Shown piece by piece: positions 1 through 13,138 of a DNA stretch of 64,000 nt. Position numbers and translations under genes: made by a program. Under the pieces are notes generated by a model that worked only from the letters and a program-made list of their open reading frames with translations, did not search any database and was not told where the DNA came from. Origin of the DNA: Pocillopora damicornis (taxonomy: Eukaryota); NCBI RefSeq assembly GCF_003704095.1, contig NW_020846801.1:434001-498000 (forward strand), given 5' to 3'. Numbering within the stretch: position 1 is the first letter of the stretch; every line of letters begins with the position of its first letter.

Positions 1-117
1 TATTGTGGAGCATACATGTGACAGAAAGAAAATTTTTGTCATGGGAACATGAAAAATTCAAAGAAAAGAAGTCATATCCTGAAAGTGTAGTTAGTTCTTA
101 TAGTGTATGCATCATAC

Positions 118-3100
118 CTTATATTCCTGTGCCTGATACAGAACCTCAGCTCTCTGAGTATAAAGAGCAGCAAGGTTGGGCTGGCCATCAGACCTACTGG
201 TGTCTTCGGTACTGTCAGATGATGTCAAGTCACATAAATCGTTATGTTGGTTAGAGAGTGCTGTTTGGTTATCAGACCTGGACAAAAGGACTTGCTGGAT
301 AGCCTACAAAGTGGAAGAAAAAGCAACTATTATTGGGAGTTTTGCAAATCAAATGTTTCTCTGGTAAGTCGAAAGTAACTCCTCAAAAAAGTGAGCACAG
401 TGCTAGAAATTATGACATACAAACAGCTGATTTAAAAGATTTGACAAATGAGAAAACTATGCACATACCAAAACATTAACTTCTATACAAAAGAAGAACA
501 ACAACAAACAAAAGCGCCATGCCATAACCCACTTAAGTTTACTGCACGACCACTTGAAAGAGAGGACCAAAATAAGCCATAATTGTTTCAGCAAAATGAT
601 TTTCATTTAACTATTACGTTATGAGTTATTACCAGTGATAAACAAATCACTGCTTTCTTGAAATCTCTTCTTCTAAGATGTTCTTCTCCCACATGCAAGT
701 ATTCCTGGCCATTCCCTGCTGACTTGGCTTTCTGTTGGCTCCTAGTACTCAGAAGCTTTTGTATTTGACTTATGATTTCTTGGGCTACTGTGTTATTCCT
801 GGAATATCAGAAGAAAGGGGAATTTTAATCTACTACACGAACATTTAATGGCTGAACATTTACAAGGATGCTGCAAAAGAATAGTTTCACTAGTGCATGA
901 GCACAAAAGCCCACATAAATAACTGACCATATATGGAACGTGGGCATAACAACAAGGGGAATGATCACATTTGTTTTTCATATACTAACTCTAATGTCGC
1001 TGCTATTTCCACCCGCAACATTAGCCCCATATCAGCACATGTCGAACCGATGCAAAAATACTATAAACAACTTTACAGACTGACTGAAATCTCTATAAAG
1101 TCCAATGACTATATCTTGGAGGTGCATGGTAAATTAGTGCAAAAACATCACAAACAACATAGCTGAACCCCATTACAAAGTGAACTCAAAGGTTGGAAAG
1201 GGAAGGTGAAGAATTAATCAAGGTAGCATGTGGCTTAAAATCACAATAATTGGTTGCTTTTTTTTAATCAAAAATGTCTTTTCACTTTTTACAATCCTTT
1301 AAATCCCAGAAGTGACCACATTTAATTGATCCTCTAAGTAATACTGCTGAATCATTCATTAAGACAGTGAGAATGAAAACTAAATGAATTCTCCCAGCCA
1401 GGACCTAAGAAAGGGTCTTGAGAAGAGTATAAAGAATGTAGATAGTGATGTTAGGGTGTAAGGGTTTAAAGTCTGTAAACTGTCCTCCTAGTTCAAATCC
1501 TCTCTTTGGACACAACATCACAAAAGAATTGACACTGTGCCATCTTCATTTACATATTTTATCTCATCCATGTTTACATGTTACCAAAACAGGCTGGTTA
1601 TACACCTGAACTAATGAAATTTGCCATCCCTAAGGGACACAAGTTGTTTTTAAAACAATCTTAGAATCATTTTGTACAGTTTAACAGTAACCACAATTTG
1701 TTTTCATCATGCACTCCAAATGCACTCCAAATTCCATAAATCTTAAAGGCATGAACATTTCAAATTCATGCTACTTAAGTTGACAAGATAACAACTATCG
1801 ATTAGCTCCAGTGAACAGGCACAAATGATTCCTGACTGCACACAGCTGCGCACGTGCAGAAGGATGAATGAAATGCAAATTAACCAGAGTTGATCCTTAC
1901 ATAACAATGAAATGATAAGCTCATGCATTTAAGGATCAAGGGAAAAGAAGTAAATTAAAATATGTTTAAAGGGCAAATAAATGACCAATAGTTTCCTGTC
2001 AATCAACATCAAGAAACAAACACAAGAGAAAAATGCAATCAAGGTGTCAATTCAGAGAAAACCTTTTGTCAATAACACAAACACTCTATAGGTAATGACC
2101 TCATCTAGATTCAAGAAAAACACACCATACAAAAAATAAAATTGATTGCTCCAAGAATGCTATGACAAGTCCACTTATACAGCAAGGTTTTGAATGACAT
2201 CACTAGAAAGTCCTTTTTTTAAGGACTTTTGACCTAAAAGCTAGGTTAGTCCATGCAGTAGCCTGCAATAACCAGATCTGACACTAAAAACACACTGAAT
2301 AGATTACCATACAGAAAATTAATTTGACACCTTGAATCTCTCAGTACAGACCATTGTTAATTCCCAGGGGAACACCACACAATTAAAAACGCGAGCGTAA
2401 ACAGGAAAACTTTCCCATCAGTTTCCACAATGCAAGGGACTTGGAAAAGTTCAGCAAGAAGTCCTTTTGAAGTAACCAGTCCAAGCAGTATGGTCTAGAA
2501 TGATGGGAAGGGCTTGAATTGAGAAATAAGTCATTGATTTAATTTGAAAACATGTTATGTTTCTGTAACATGCGGTTGCTTTTCCAAAACAAGTATTTTT
2601 ACTTTTTCTTAAGCAAGGGTCATTCTAGCAATCAAACTGAGTGGTGCATGCCCAAACTAAAGAAAACAATATCAAAAATGTAAATTTAGGTAATTGCATT
2701 TTCTCTCCAATCTTTTAAATCAGCGATTGAAAACAAATTCAAATGTTTTAGATCAATTTCCATTTTTTGCAAATAGCAAAAATTTAAATGCCACTCAAAA
2801 TTTTGTGTCATGTCGTGTCAAGCAAATTGCTACAATATTTCATAAGTCTCTCGGATAGATCTCTGCATGAGTCCATTTTCAAACCTCATTTTCGTCTCGA
2901 TCAAATCGAAGATAAGAACTTATTCAAAATTTTCGATCGTAGGTCGCTACCTGTCCTGAAATGTTTTAGGGAACATCGAAAAAAAAAAAAAAAAAAACAG
3001 ATTTGCCGAAGCGATGTCAAAGGTAATCGTGCGGACGGTGCAATACGGCACGTGCGACCCAGCAATCGATGACAGGAACTTCTAGTTTAGCCTCCTCGCG

Positions 3101-3976
3101 AAACGTGGAGTCTAAATTTAAACTGGGGATCGATGAAATGTGCTGAACCGAAATGTGAAATTCGGGCCATGGTTATTTTGTATTTTAGTAATTTGCGATC
3201 TTAGTAAAGGTGCAAACTATCACAGTTCTATGTAAACAGAAAAGTTTATGCCTCGAAAGCGGACAATGTTCATACATATTTTATTGTGCTGCAACCTTGT
3301 ACAGTAAAATTTTTTTCTGTACTTGGCTAAACAGGATCGGGACGAGAACGGACCGCAAGGAAGCAAAATAAAAAAGACAAGACAAGTTCAGAGAAAATGT
3401 CTTAAAAATACGAGTTTCAAACCGAAGAAATTGTTGAAAAAGCAAACAAGACTCAACTCAGGCTCAACCCAGATGAATAAACAGAACTTCCCTGCTAAGT
3501 TCGGTTCTTTACTGTGACGAAGAAAACCGTTCCTCGAATTAAACCGAAATAAAATATGAATGCTGCAGGCTGCTTGGAATTAAAACAAAAATATCTCAAT
3601 AAAAAACCGAAAGATCTTGATAACAGAACGAATATATTGATAAATTCCTTCCTTCATCAGAAGTTTCCATCAATACCGGCATCTTGCAATTTCCCTTGTT
3701 TGTCTAGTTCAAATCTTAGCTTTTAGGAGCTTTATCTAAGGTCTAAAAACATCGCCTTAAGACTTTGAACGAAAACCCCAGGCTTAAAACTTAAGTGCTT
3801 GCTGAATAAACATCAAATTTAAGCGAAACTAGGCACACAAAACCTTACCGTAAAATATACTTGCAAAACTTGTAGCGCTCGCCGTCCGTCTTCAGATTAC
3901 CAAACTCTTTCATGTACGGTCCTCGAAGCTGTTCCACCACAAAATTCTCCCACTCATCTTTCAAATGAAGGGCCAT
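118..3976 (-). CDS. SMYD4: SET and MYND domain protein 4-like (TPR N-terminus); first three coding exons, gene runs off the left edge
   Basis: Exons 3976-3849 (MALHLKDEWENFVVEQLRGPYMKEFGNLKTDGERYKFCKYILR), 798-633 (NNTVAQEIISQ...KSAGNGQEYLHVGEEHLRRRDFKKAVICLSL) and 303-118 (AIQQV...LAALYTQRAEVLYQAQEYK). All junctions are GT-AG and phases 2/0/0 match. The TPR helices resemble the SMYD4 N-terminus. SET/MYND domains are outside the window, so the symbol is tentative. Confidence 0.6.
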
Positions 3977-4451
3977 TGAGGCTTTAACTGGTTAGTTCTC
4001 CTTTACTGTGTTCCTAGGAATGAGAAGAAGCAATCTATTTTGTACTTTCAACTAAGTCTAGGCGAATGGTTGGGTGATGAAAGTGTTAGGAGTAATTTTA
4101 CTTGCAAAACCGCTTATCAAAGCACTTAGTAAAAAAAATATTCTGATTGGTCAGCTGACGTAGGGAGATAAAAACTGACCAATGAAAGTGCATGTTATTT
4201 TAGACCCTTTTATGGCCCAATCTCCCAAAAGACTGGGGCAGAAGCAGTAACATCACGCCACACATGATTTCCCCTTTTGACAAGTTGCTTCCTTTCAAGG
4301 AATTTAAAATAACTCCTGTTAGCATGTGTCTCTTATGGAAATTTCCATCTGTTCACATTCAAGTAAAAGATAAATAGACTTATTCAGAGGTACCAGATGT
4401 ATTTCGGAACATAAACTCGCGACTGAGAACCTCATCGATAAGGGCACGCGG

Positions 4452-4490
4452 GTGTTTATCGCGCGTGTTTATCGCGCGTGATCATCGCGC
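4452..4490 (+). repeat. 3 x 13-bp tandem repeat GTGTTTATCGCGC in a CpG-rich region
   Basis: Two exact copies plus GTGATCATCGCGC; CCAAT boxes nearby at ~4146, ~4179 and ~4535. Confidence 0.8.
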
Positions 4491-5694
4491 AAAACGCCCC
4501 CTGACACACCCCCAGTCCAGCCCACAAAACTGACCAATAACAGGCAAGAATTTTACGAGGACGAAGTAACTGCGTCAAAAACTAGCTATCTACAATAGCT
4601 ACAACGCAAGAGTTTTAAATAAACAGGCGAAAATAGCTCAACTTCAATACTTTTTAAAAGCCTTTACAGCACATAGACACTAAATCTTCAATTTTTCGGG
4701 CAAAAGTTCAAGAAACAAATACTAAATAATAAATATGTTGCTACGAACGAAGGAATACGTCTAAACATCTATCATATCTGTCGAGCGAACCGTGATAAAC
4801 AAACAAAGAACGAAGACTTCAACGCTCTCTTTTAGCTCGATTTGTTCGGCTTAAAGCCCTGTTTAAATGAAAAATGTTTTGTACACACCATGAGGGTAAT
4901 AAAAGGGGATTTTGAATGTCTACATGTTTTCTCGACATCGATCTTGTACTTGTTCGATTAAAATATTCTTCGCGCTAGAATATATTCAGTAAAGACCAAA
5001 CAAACGGGATAAAATTGAGAGAAAAATACATACAAAGAAATCTACTGACTCTAAGCTTACACTGTGAAAAAACATTCTTATCAGGAAATTCGACGAAACT
5101 TCCCGTGGGAATGTGAAAGATCTTAAAGATTTCTGTGCCGATGTGTGTTAAAACAAGCCAACTTGAAATACATTTATCTTCAAAATCGTTCGACTGCTAG
5201 GAGATCAGAAGGGAAAGCGTAGATGAAAACACCTTATCATAGATAAAATAGACTGATGGCTGGATTTTTTGAGCTAAAAAAAATTTTACAGACGCTAAAG
5301 TAGTTTTATCGCCGTCCAATAGCTCCACTCCGATGCGACCTTTTCGTCGTTCGTGTGAAACATAAACATTAAAAATTTCGACATTTTTAGGCAGTCGGTA
5401 GTTAGCACTAAAGATCTTCAATATCCTAGTTCTTAGGTACAAAATACGATGCAGAACGTTTTCGGATTCAGTGAGGAAGTCGCTCAGCTGTCGACAGATT
5501 TTCACAATTAATAGTTCAGTTCTTATGGGCAAGAGTGCTATCATGAATATTGCACTTACAAGCTTCAGTCAAATTCATAGTTTGCATTAATTAAAAGCGC
5601 ATGTGACTTACTTTTCGTGAAACTGAAAAATTCGCCCCCTAAAGAGAAGCTTTAAATCTTGTTTGCGAAGATTTTCTAGCAATACCCAGAGTTA

Positions 5695-5770
5695 CTGATG
5701 TTCATTTAATGAAAACCGTTTCCGTGCACTAATATATAAACCCTGTCACCTGATATCACGTTTCATTGGC
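5695..5770 (-). promoter_or_regulatory. Candidate core promoter (CCAAT, TATA-like, Inr) for an upstream non-coding exon of the SMYD4-like gene
   Basis: On the minus strand: CCAAT ~5769-5765, TATATATT ~5738-5731, TCAGT ~5698-5694, and a GTAAGT donor at 5611. The ATG-bearing exon has a pyrimidine-rich acceptor at 4015-4014, which implies upstream 5'UTR exon(s). Confidence 0.35.
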
Positions 5771-7049
5771 CGTCTGCTAATTCTACGTCAAAGCTACCTC
5801 ATTTGGACAAGTAGCACGAAGATTTCAAAAGTTTAATCACCGTAATTTTCACTTAGTTCAATAAGCTCTTTGTTATCAGTCGAATAATTAAGAATTTCTT
5901 TTCTTTATTTGACAAAGGTGGCTCGTTCTTATTGTGTATATATTTTTCTTTTCTCGCCGTGCTCTTTTCTGATGCAATCACCAAGGAAAAATTCCGGTTA
6001 ATCCTGATGTCAAATCAAGGTTCCCTGGATAGAAATACCAAAGATATGATACGATCACAACAGGAAATACCTTTAAGCTGGAGCTTTTCCAAAAGTATTG
6101 AATCTTTTTCTGGCTCACAGACCCGTTTTTTTACTTAAAACCCGCAGCTAAGAATAAAAAAAATGAAGCCACATGAAAGAAGCCTTGATCGGTGTTCGTT
6201 AATAAATTTAAATTGACTTTTTTTTCAGTTACCGATGAATTTTACTGATTTCCCGATCAATCCAAAAGGATGCTGACAAAACCTGTTACCTGCAAAACTG
6301 GTTAATCTTCAAAGGAAAACTCAAAAACTGATTTTGTTTTAATTCAGAAAAATTAGAGAGGCCCTGGGAACGAATTTGAATTAATAAATCCTTCTGATTT
6401 CTTTCATTTCTTTGGCTTTTCCTGTTTTAAAATCAGAACAAATATAATTTGCAATTCTTTTATACTGAATGGACGAAATTTATGTCCAATGATTTCATAG
6501 ATCAGGAAAATATCACCCAATAATCTTCAAAGTTGGCCGAAATTTGTGTAAATTCTGAAATCTTTTCGAGGTTGCTCTTCATATAACTGTTCTTGCAAGC
6601 TTAGATGATCGTAACGTCTAAAATTAAATGGAAATCAATAAAATGACATTGATATAATGGACGAGATATTCCTTGCTGTCATGAAAAAAACTTCCCGCCG
6701 AGTATTATAAAATTTAAAAAAGACCTCCGCAAAGACTCTTTAATATAAAAATAAATTCCGAACCATATGTTATTTCATTTAAATTTTCTTTCAATGATGG
6801 ATTAAAGTACAAACAGGACAAAAATAATACCAGAATCATCCATTTTCAAATTTTTCTTTTTTTATTTTAATTCTTTATATTTTGGATAAACAAATTGGCC
6901 GGTAGGTTTAGAGGCGGATCAATAAATCAATCAAAACACTTCCGCTGATCACCTCGAATTTGACAATTTGAGTGTATCCATTTCCATGACCTGGTGTGAA
7001 CATTGTACCAGGTCCACTGTCGAAATATCTACCTGTCATCATTCAATGT

Positions 7050-10000
7050 TTATCTCGCTGCCAGGGCCTCTCTTCTTTCCGCCTGCGAGCGCGAAGAGAG
7101 GAAATATTCACCGAAAAATCCTAGAAGCTTAAATATGTTTGTTGACCAGCCTGTTACATGGATAGGATGGGCTCCTGGTAAGGTGTCAAACCTCCAAACA
7201 GATTGCTGTAAAGAGCACTGGGCATAAGCGTGAGAATAGTTTCCTACAACGGTCAACTGAAAGACGATTCGTGCTCGGACTTGAAGTGTAAAGTATTTTT
7301 CTTTTTCAGTATTGCATGTCATGCAAATCTTTGGATTGATATCCCCTCCCTCCCACAAAAAAATCAAGAACTAGATTTTCCTTAGACTTGATAATAGCCA
7401 CTGATCGGGAAAAGAGCCCGCGCTGAATTATCATTTTCACGATCGGTTTTTGGTTAAATGGAGTAATCACTACCTGCCTAATCTGTTTAATATAGATGAC
7501 GTACGCTATGCTCTAATATCACTACCAAAATATTGAATCGTCATCATTACAATATATAAAGAGAGATTCAATTATGAATTTTAAAAAAAAGACGATTTCA
7601 AAAGAAAACCTCACGCACTCCATATCACTTGGTCACCTAATATTGCCCGGAAAGCTATTATGTTCACCTTCGAAAACTGTCACACCACCACCATTATCTC
7701 CAGCTTAACATCTTACCAAGAGAACATAGTTATTTGAAAGGAAGAGAAGAAACCTACAAATCTTAGACATAAGATAATTTGTTCAATGGCTTTTTGTAAT
7801 ATCATACATACAAATTAGTTACACATTCCGATAATTTTAAAACAAAACTGTAATATGCAAATTTGAGAACTAGTTGATACGAAACTTACTCGTCTGAGAA
7901 TGAGATGAATGGTAAAGCTTCTTCACAGATGAATGTTAGAATAAATGGCTTTGTCACTGTCTCTATTTGATCAAAGACGCGAAGTAAAAGACTGACACGG
8001 ATACATAATTGGTTTATATATTTCCTCCAATTGACAGTAAATCACGTCTCACAATATTAGAATTGCTATGTCACTTTAGATTTACGCGGGGTCTCCTTTA
8101 CGTCACATCTGTGCGCATTGAGGGGGCGGTATAGGAAATAGCATCTTTTATCGCAAAGAAACCGCGAAAACGCTCCTTGCAAAATTACAGTGACTTAATG
8201 GAGTTTCAAGTTGGAGAATTGAAAAATTCTCCGGGAAAGTCAAGAGTTTAGCTTGAAGTTGGACATTATACTTGCTGACTACATCCGCTGAAAAGGGACC
8301 GAGATGTACGTTGTTTATCTCAGTAATTTCCGGTGCTGGGTTTTCAAATGTCATCGCTTTCTCTTTCTCAAAATGGCCTGAACGTGAACGGATATTCACT
8401 TCGTTAGGTTTAATCAAACGTGCTACGGGAAAAGGAACAAGAGCTAAGGAACTACTTTTCTTATTTAATCAGCACATTCAGATTTCGTCTGAATTTTTTT
8501 AAAACCGTTTGAAAACTTTGGATTAGGTCATGGTTTATCCTAGCAGCGAAGACGTTTCACTCTCAGATTTTCTGAATAATAAAAGTAGCATATTCCAATC
8601 AGGGATCTGCACCTGAATTAGACTCCAAAGGGAGACACCTCCCTTGATGATAGTCATGACTCTCCTCTTTCTCATTATGGAACAACTCTGAAATTGAAGT
8701 ATTTAAAGCTTTCGTCTTCGGCTCTCCAAGCCCTTCGTAGAATACTGGTGTAAGAATCAAATCTTTGTCATACGCGTAAGTATACACCAGCTGATAAAAC
8801 CTAATCGGCATTAATTGAGAAAACACTGACACAAATACATTGGTACAACTATGAAAAAGAGCGAAAGTAAAAAATTTAAACAAAACTCACGGTAATCAAG
8901 CGAACAGAAATAAAAAAGAGCAGCTGAAAAAATAAGAAATAAAGTCGCTGTTCCGAATCGATACTGAAATCTCACAATCACTGTTAACCCTTCAACTCCC
9001 AAGATCTCTTTAGTAATTCTTCTAACTGTCCACACTCAGTTCTTGTGAGGCTAGTTTGGAGAATTTGGTATTGGATCAACTTATAATCCCTAACTGATAT
9101 TTTTCTTGATTCTCATCACTTGCCTGCTTGGTATTGTATTGATATTGTAAGGAGAAATTCTGTCTTGGTCACTCATGAGAGTTAAAGGTTAACTGAAATG
9201 TAAGGAGAGCATTGTTGAGTGACTCTTTCTAATCTCTTTCTGGTTTCTTTCCCTGACGCCTCGTGTTCACGATGTTCTAATTATACACATGCTGTACTTA
9301 TCACAACGTTTTTGAATAAGGCCAAGGGTAATCTGTAGAAATAATTGATTGCCCTAAAAGTCAGTTTCCGTCAAAACTTCCGTTAGCTGAGGAAAGCTGC
9401 GATCAGCAATCTCGTGTTTTGAGATTTTGCCAGGACCACCGTGGATATTGCTTCAAGGAGGCACCCAACTCAGAAATACTCTGGTGAAAATCTTGAGCAA
9501 ATGATATTAGTAGGCTTAAAAAATTGAAAAGAAATATTGTCACGATTTGGTTTGGTCAGTAACGAAAACCATGGTAATGTTTTGGCATAAAGCGTACGAT
9601 CAATCGAATCAGAGTTGGTAACTGGTGAACCAAACATCTTAATAAAAACATGACAGAAAAAAGTAGTGTTCATGGCGTGAGGTTTGACAAATGCAATGTA
9701 AACCAAGTCATGAATGGTGAAAGAAAGACATTTAGATATTTCATTTTGTCGACTTGATCGTGTGTTAATTCAGAAAACTCGCGGGAAAGGGAGAACGCGT
9801 GCATTTGCATTTGTGTTCGGACCGCGCTCGTGTTAGAACACGCACGTGATACGCTATGCCTTTGTTCCCCGCCTTTTTGTGTCAGGGACAGCCAGCGCTG
9901 GCTGGTTGTTATCCGTTTGTGTTATTTCAGGTACATTTCTAGTCTTGGCTATCACCCTATAAAAATTTTATGCGTTTGTTCTTTGCTTCGTTGTATTCCA

Positions 10001-10699
10001 AGAAGCATCAATCAAAAGTTACTCTGAAATAATAAAATGCAACACCTTATTAACCTTATTAACCCAGAGACCCCCTGGGGTGATCAGCATCTTATTTCTC
10101 CTTACAACATCAACGGCTGAAACGATGAAATTTACCTAATCCCCTTATAGGGTTCTATATTATTCTCACCTGTCTCCTTAATTGACGGTCAATATTCTGT
10201 AGCCTCCCCNNNNNNNNNNNNNNNNNNNNNNNNNNNNNNNNNNNNNNNNNNNNNNNNNNNNNNNNNNNNNNNNNNNNNNNNNNNNNNNNNNNNNNNNNNN
10301 NNNNNNNNNTTTCGTTAAATGTTAGTCATGGGTGCCGCAGGAGGGCGCGATGGGGAACTTTGCCATCTATCTGACATGCGATATCCTTGCGTGTTGCAAT
10401 CACTACAATTAATTCTGTCCGGGCAAGGTCTGTTTTGCCTAGAATGGATAATGTCCACGTCTCAACAAATTCTACACTGGATTGATGATAAAATTTGATA
10501 TAAAAATCGTAGTTGACAGTCGCCGACTCATCTATATTCTCAGCTACCAAACTTTAACAACCGCCCCTTTGTTATTAAAAACCATCACATTAAACACGTT
10601 CGCCTGATTAAGCGACTGGTTCCCACAAAGTGAACAGTAAAACCGGATTTCCGCTTACCTTGTTTTCTTTCACAGTAGAAGGAAGTACCCCTTACGAAC
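7050..10699 (-). CDS. Cryptic multi-exon gene or decaying pseudogene, 3' part; weak resemblance to the CatSper delta/epsilon C-terminus
   Basis: Candidate exons: 10699-10659 (FVRGTSFYCERKQ), ~10544-10360 (ENIDES...TELIVVIATRKDIACQIDGK), ~9637-9480, 8800-8613 (FYQLVYTYAYDKDLILTPVFYEG...HQGRCLPLESNS), 8377-~8190 (donor unresolved), 7962-7890 (TVTKPFILTFICEEALPFISFSD), 7753-7717 (FLLFLSNNYVLL), 7256-7050 (LTVVGNYSHAYAQCSLQ...AAR*). The last three exons have GTAAG donors and consistent phases; upstream junctions are weaker. Confidence 0.45.
8984..9192. mobile_element. piggyBac-type MITE, subfamily A
   Basis: TTAA-CCCTT...AAAGG-TTAA, ~210 bp, with the TTTGGTATTGGATCAAC...GGAGAAATTCTGTCTTGGTCACTC core. 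Confidence 0.8.
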
Positions 10700-11399
10700 C
10701 TGTATTGTCACGAATTCGGTGTTTCGCACGCAAATACAGGAAAGTAGAAGCTCTTAGATATTCAAAGGAAAAGTGTAGATAAAAATGAGTAGGAGAGACT
10801 TAAGGACATTCAAATTGATCTTTTCTGGTACAAAATTTTACTGAAACAGAAGCTACAATTGGAAAGCTTGACTGTGGTATATGCCCCATCCAAATGTACT
10901 CGAGTAAGGCCACATGTGACTCCTCAACAAATATTTTTGCTATCTTCATAGTTATAAGAACCAACAAGATATTCAAATGAAAATAAATAAATTTGAAGTG
11001 GATTTTATTCATCAGTGCGTGACATGGAAATTTTGGACTGAATTCGACCCCCTGATGTTGGCGCAACTGCGATAATGAGATAAAAAAACAGATGAAAAAA
11101 TTAAAAAACTATGAATTCGGCTACAGTTGATGCAAATAATCAGGAAGGGAGTAATTCGAGTTTTTCCAAAAAAGAGTTGTTTAGCCATTGAAAGTTAATT
11201 TATTTTAAGCTTGTCAGACTGAATCGGGAGAGAACAGTGAAATTAAGATATCATAGAATCTGTCCTGGCTGCTTCTAACCTGACCGTGATTTACGTAAAG
11301 AATCAAAATAGAAAATCATATCTTTACACGTTCTCATTCTTTCTAAAATGAGCAATTACATTTTGGGCGGACTCGAAAGTACCTGTAAGGAGGTTGGTA

Positions 11400-12640
11400 A
11401 AGAAGGTACGTTTCTAAAGAAACCGTGGTACTGCGTGGGTAGGAGAGTATAACAGGGTAATCTAGTCAGTAATCGACCGAGTTGCTAACGTAAATTGGCC
11501 ACGGTTAACAATTTAAAAGCTGACGTTTCGCGCGTTAGCCCTTCATCAGGGCGATCGGAGGAATTCAGGGTTGTGTGTGGGTTTATATACAGAAAATGGA
11601 GCTACGCCATCGGTGGAAATCTAGTGACAAGAGAACAAGAATAAATTACAAAATTTAGAATAAATTAATTGAATGTAAAGCGCTCGTTGTTACCGTTGGG
11701 ATTAAGAGTGCCGATTTGAAGTTTTGTTTTAGAGTTTTGCGGCTTTCCGTACTGCCTAGCGTAGGGAAAGGCCGCAAACTGCCATATGCTGCCTAGAATG
11801 ATTAGGGAGATTAAAGTGTCTTGCGACTAGTTCGGATATGTCCTTGTCATTTCTTTCTACGTCGCGAAGGTGTTCTCGGAATCGGTCACCAAGTCGTCTC
11901 CCTGTTTCACCAATGTATAGCTTTTTGCAATATGGACAATGAATGCAGTGAATGACATTGGCGTAGGTGCACGTGAAGTGATCAGTGATCGCAATGGATC
12001 TTTTGGGTTCCGACATTTTATCTACGTTGTAAATGAAAGGACAAGTTTTGCATTTTGAGCGAGCGCAATTGAAATTTCCAAATTGGTTATTGGTTTGAAA
12101 TGAACTCCTGACGATATTGACTAGAATCTGTCCAGCTTTTTTGGTACAATCTAATCGTGCCAAAAGTCTAAAAAAAACGCAAAGACATAGTTATTAAAGC
12201 GGCTGACAAACAACGACTGTTGTTATTCGTGCCAAAAGTCTAAAAAAACGCAAAGACACGTATTAGAGCGACCGACAAAGGCAGAGCAGTCGTCATTGGC
12301 GGGCCAACCTCTACCAAGAAGTAGCTTTGCGGCAACTTTCTGATACCTCTTTTTATGCAAAAGTTGACAAAGATCTCACTTTCATCAACCAAACATTATC
12401 AAAAACCCGATTAACGATCTTATAGCTAAACAAGAATTGCCGGCCACTGCAAAAAATTTCACCATCATCACTCCTAGAACTTCGTGTATTTACTTTTTAC
12501 CTAAAATCCACTTTAGTTGTCCCACCGAAGTTATTTCCAGCTATTTAGAAAAAATTATGACAAAACCTTACCATCATGCATTTAGGACAACAAACTCGCA
12601 AATGAAATTTTTCGCGACTTTAATTTCCTTGCCCAACACA
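11400..12640. mobile_element. Penelope-like retroelement remnant: GIY-YIG endonuclease on -, RT fragments on +
   Basis: ORF 12163-11756 contains CKTCPF...HFTCTYANVIHCIHCPYCKKLYIGETGRRLGDRFREH...VARHFNLPNHS. The plus strand has KDIVIKAADK, LRQLSDTSFYAKVDKDLT and PRTSCIYFLPKIH fragments with frameshifts. A pLTR-like segment with a hammerhead lies at 11400-11560. Confidence 0.9.
11517..11556 (-). ncRNA. Minimal type I hammerhead ribozyme-like motif in the Penelope pLTR
   Basis: Minus strand reads CTGATGA-A-GGGC-TAAC-GCGC-GAAA-C-GTC-AGC: core boxes, a short stem II and a GUC cleavage triplet. Confidence 0.7.
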
Positions 12641-13090
12641 ATGCACAGAAAGCATCTCATATCGACATTCCTATCCTGGCAGTATGCAGGAAGTTCAATG
12701 ACCTACCCTACCAGGAGTTTCCTGTAGCCCGGTGGTAGAGCTTGCAAAGTTTTTGGGAGTCTTTGGAGTTTTTTTTTCTCTTAGTAAGCTGGTGTCACTC
12801 ACTGAATAATCATCATCTTCCACCGAGGGTGGCAAAGACCATCAAAGGAGAGGGGGAAGCTCCTGATTCCGTTTCATTCTAAAACTTTAGAAAAATTCAC
12901 GCTTCACCTTTACTTTAAACAGCATTTCACACGTCACGAACTTAAAAGGGAAAACTTTAATCCTCACCTCACCCCGCATTTCTGTAAAATTCACGCGTCA
13001 CGAATTAACTTTGGGCTTCATCACGCGTCACGTAGAAACCCCCATTCAACGTCTGCACTGTGTAATATAACAGACTAAACTTTTACTTTA

Positions 13091-13138
13091 ATTTAAACTG
13101 AAGACGCCAGAGGAGCTGTCGAAACTTGTCTTTTAAAT
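13091..13138 (+). ncRNA. Hammerhead ribozyme-like motif
   Basis: ATTTAAA-CTGAAGA-C-GCCAG-aggag-CTGTC-GAAA-CTT-GTC-TTTTAAAT. Stem I flanks are complementary; stem II has one mismatch. Confidence 0.55.

Noticed and set aside
5197-5544. 115-aa minus-strand ORF
   Set aside because: No recognisable motifs; it appears to lie in a 5'UTR intron of the SMYD4-like gene.
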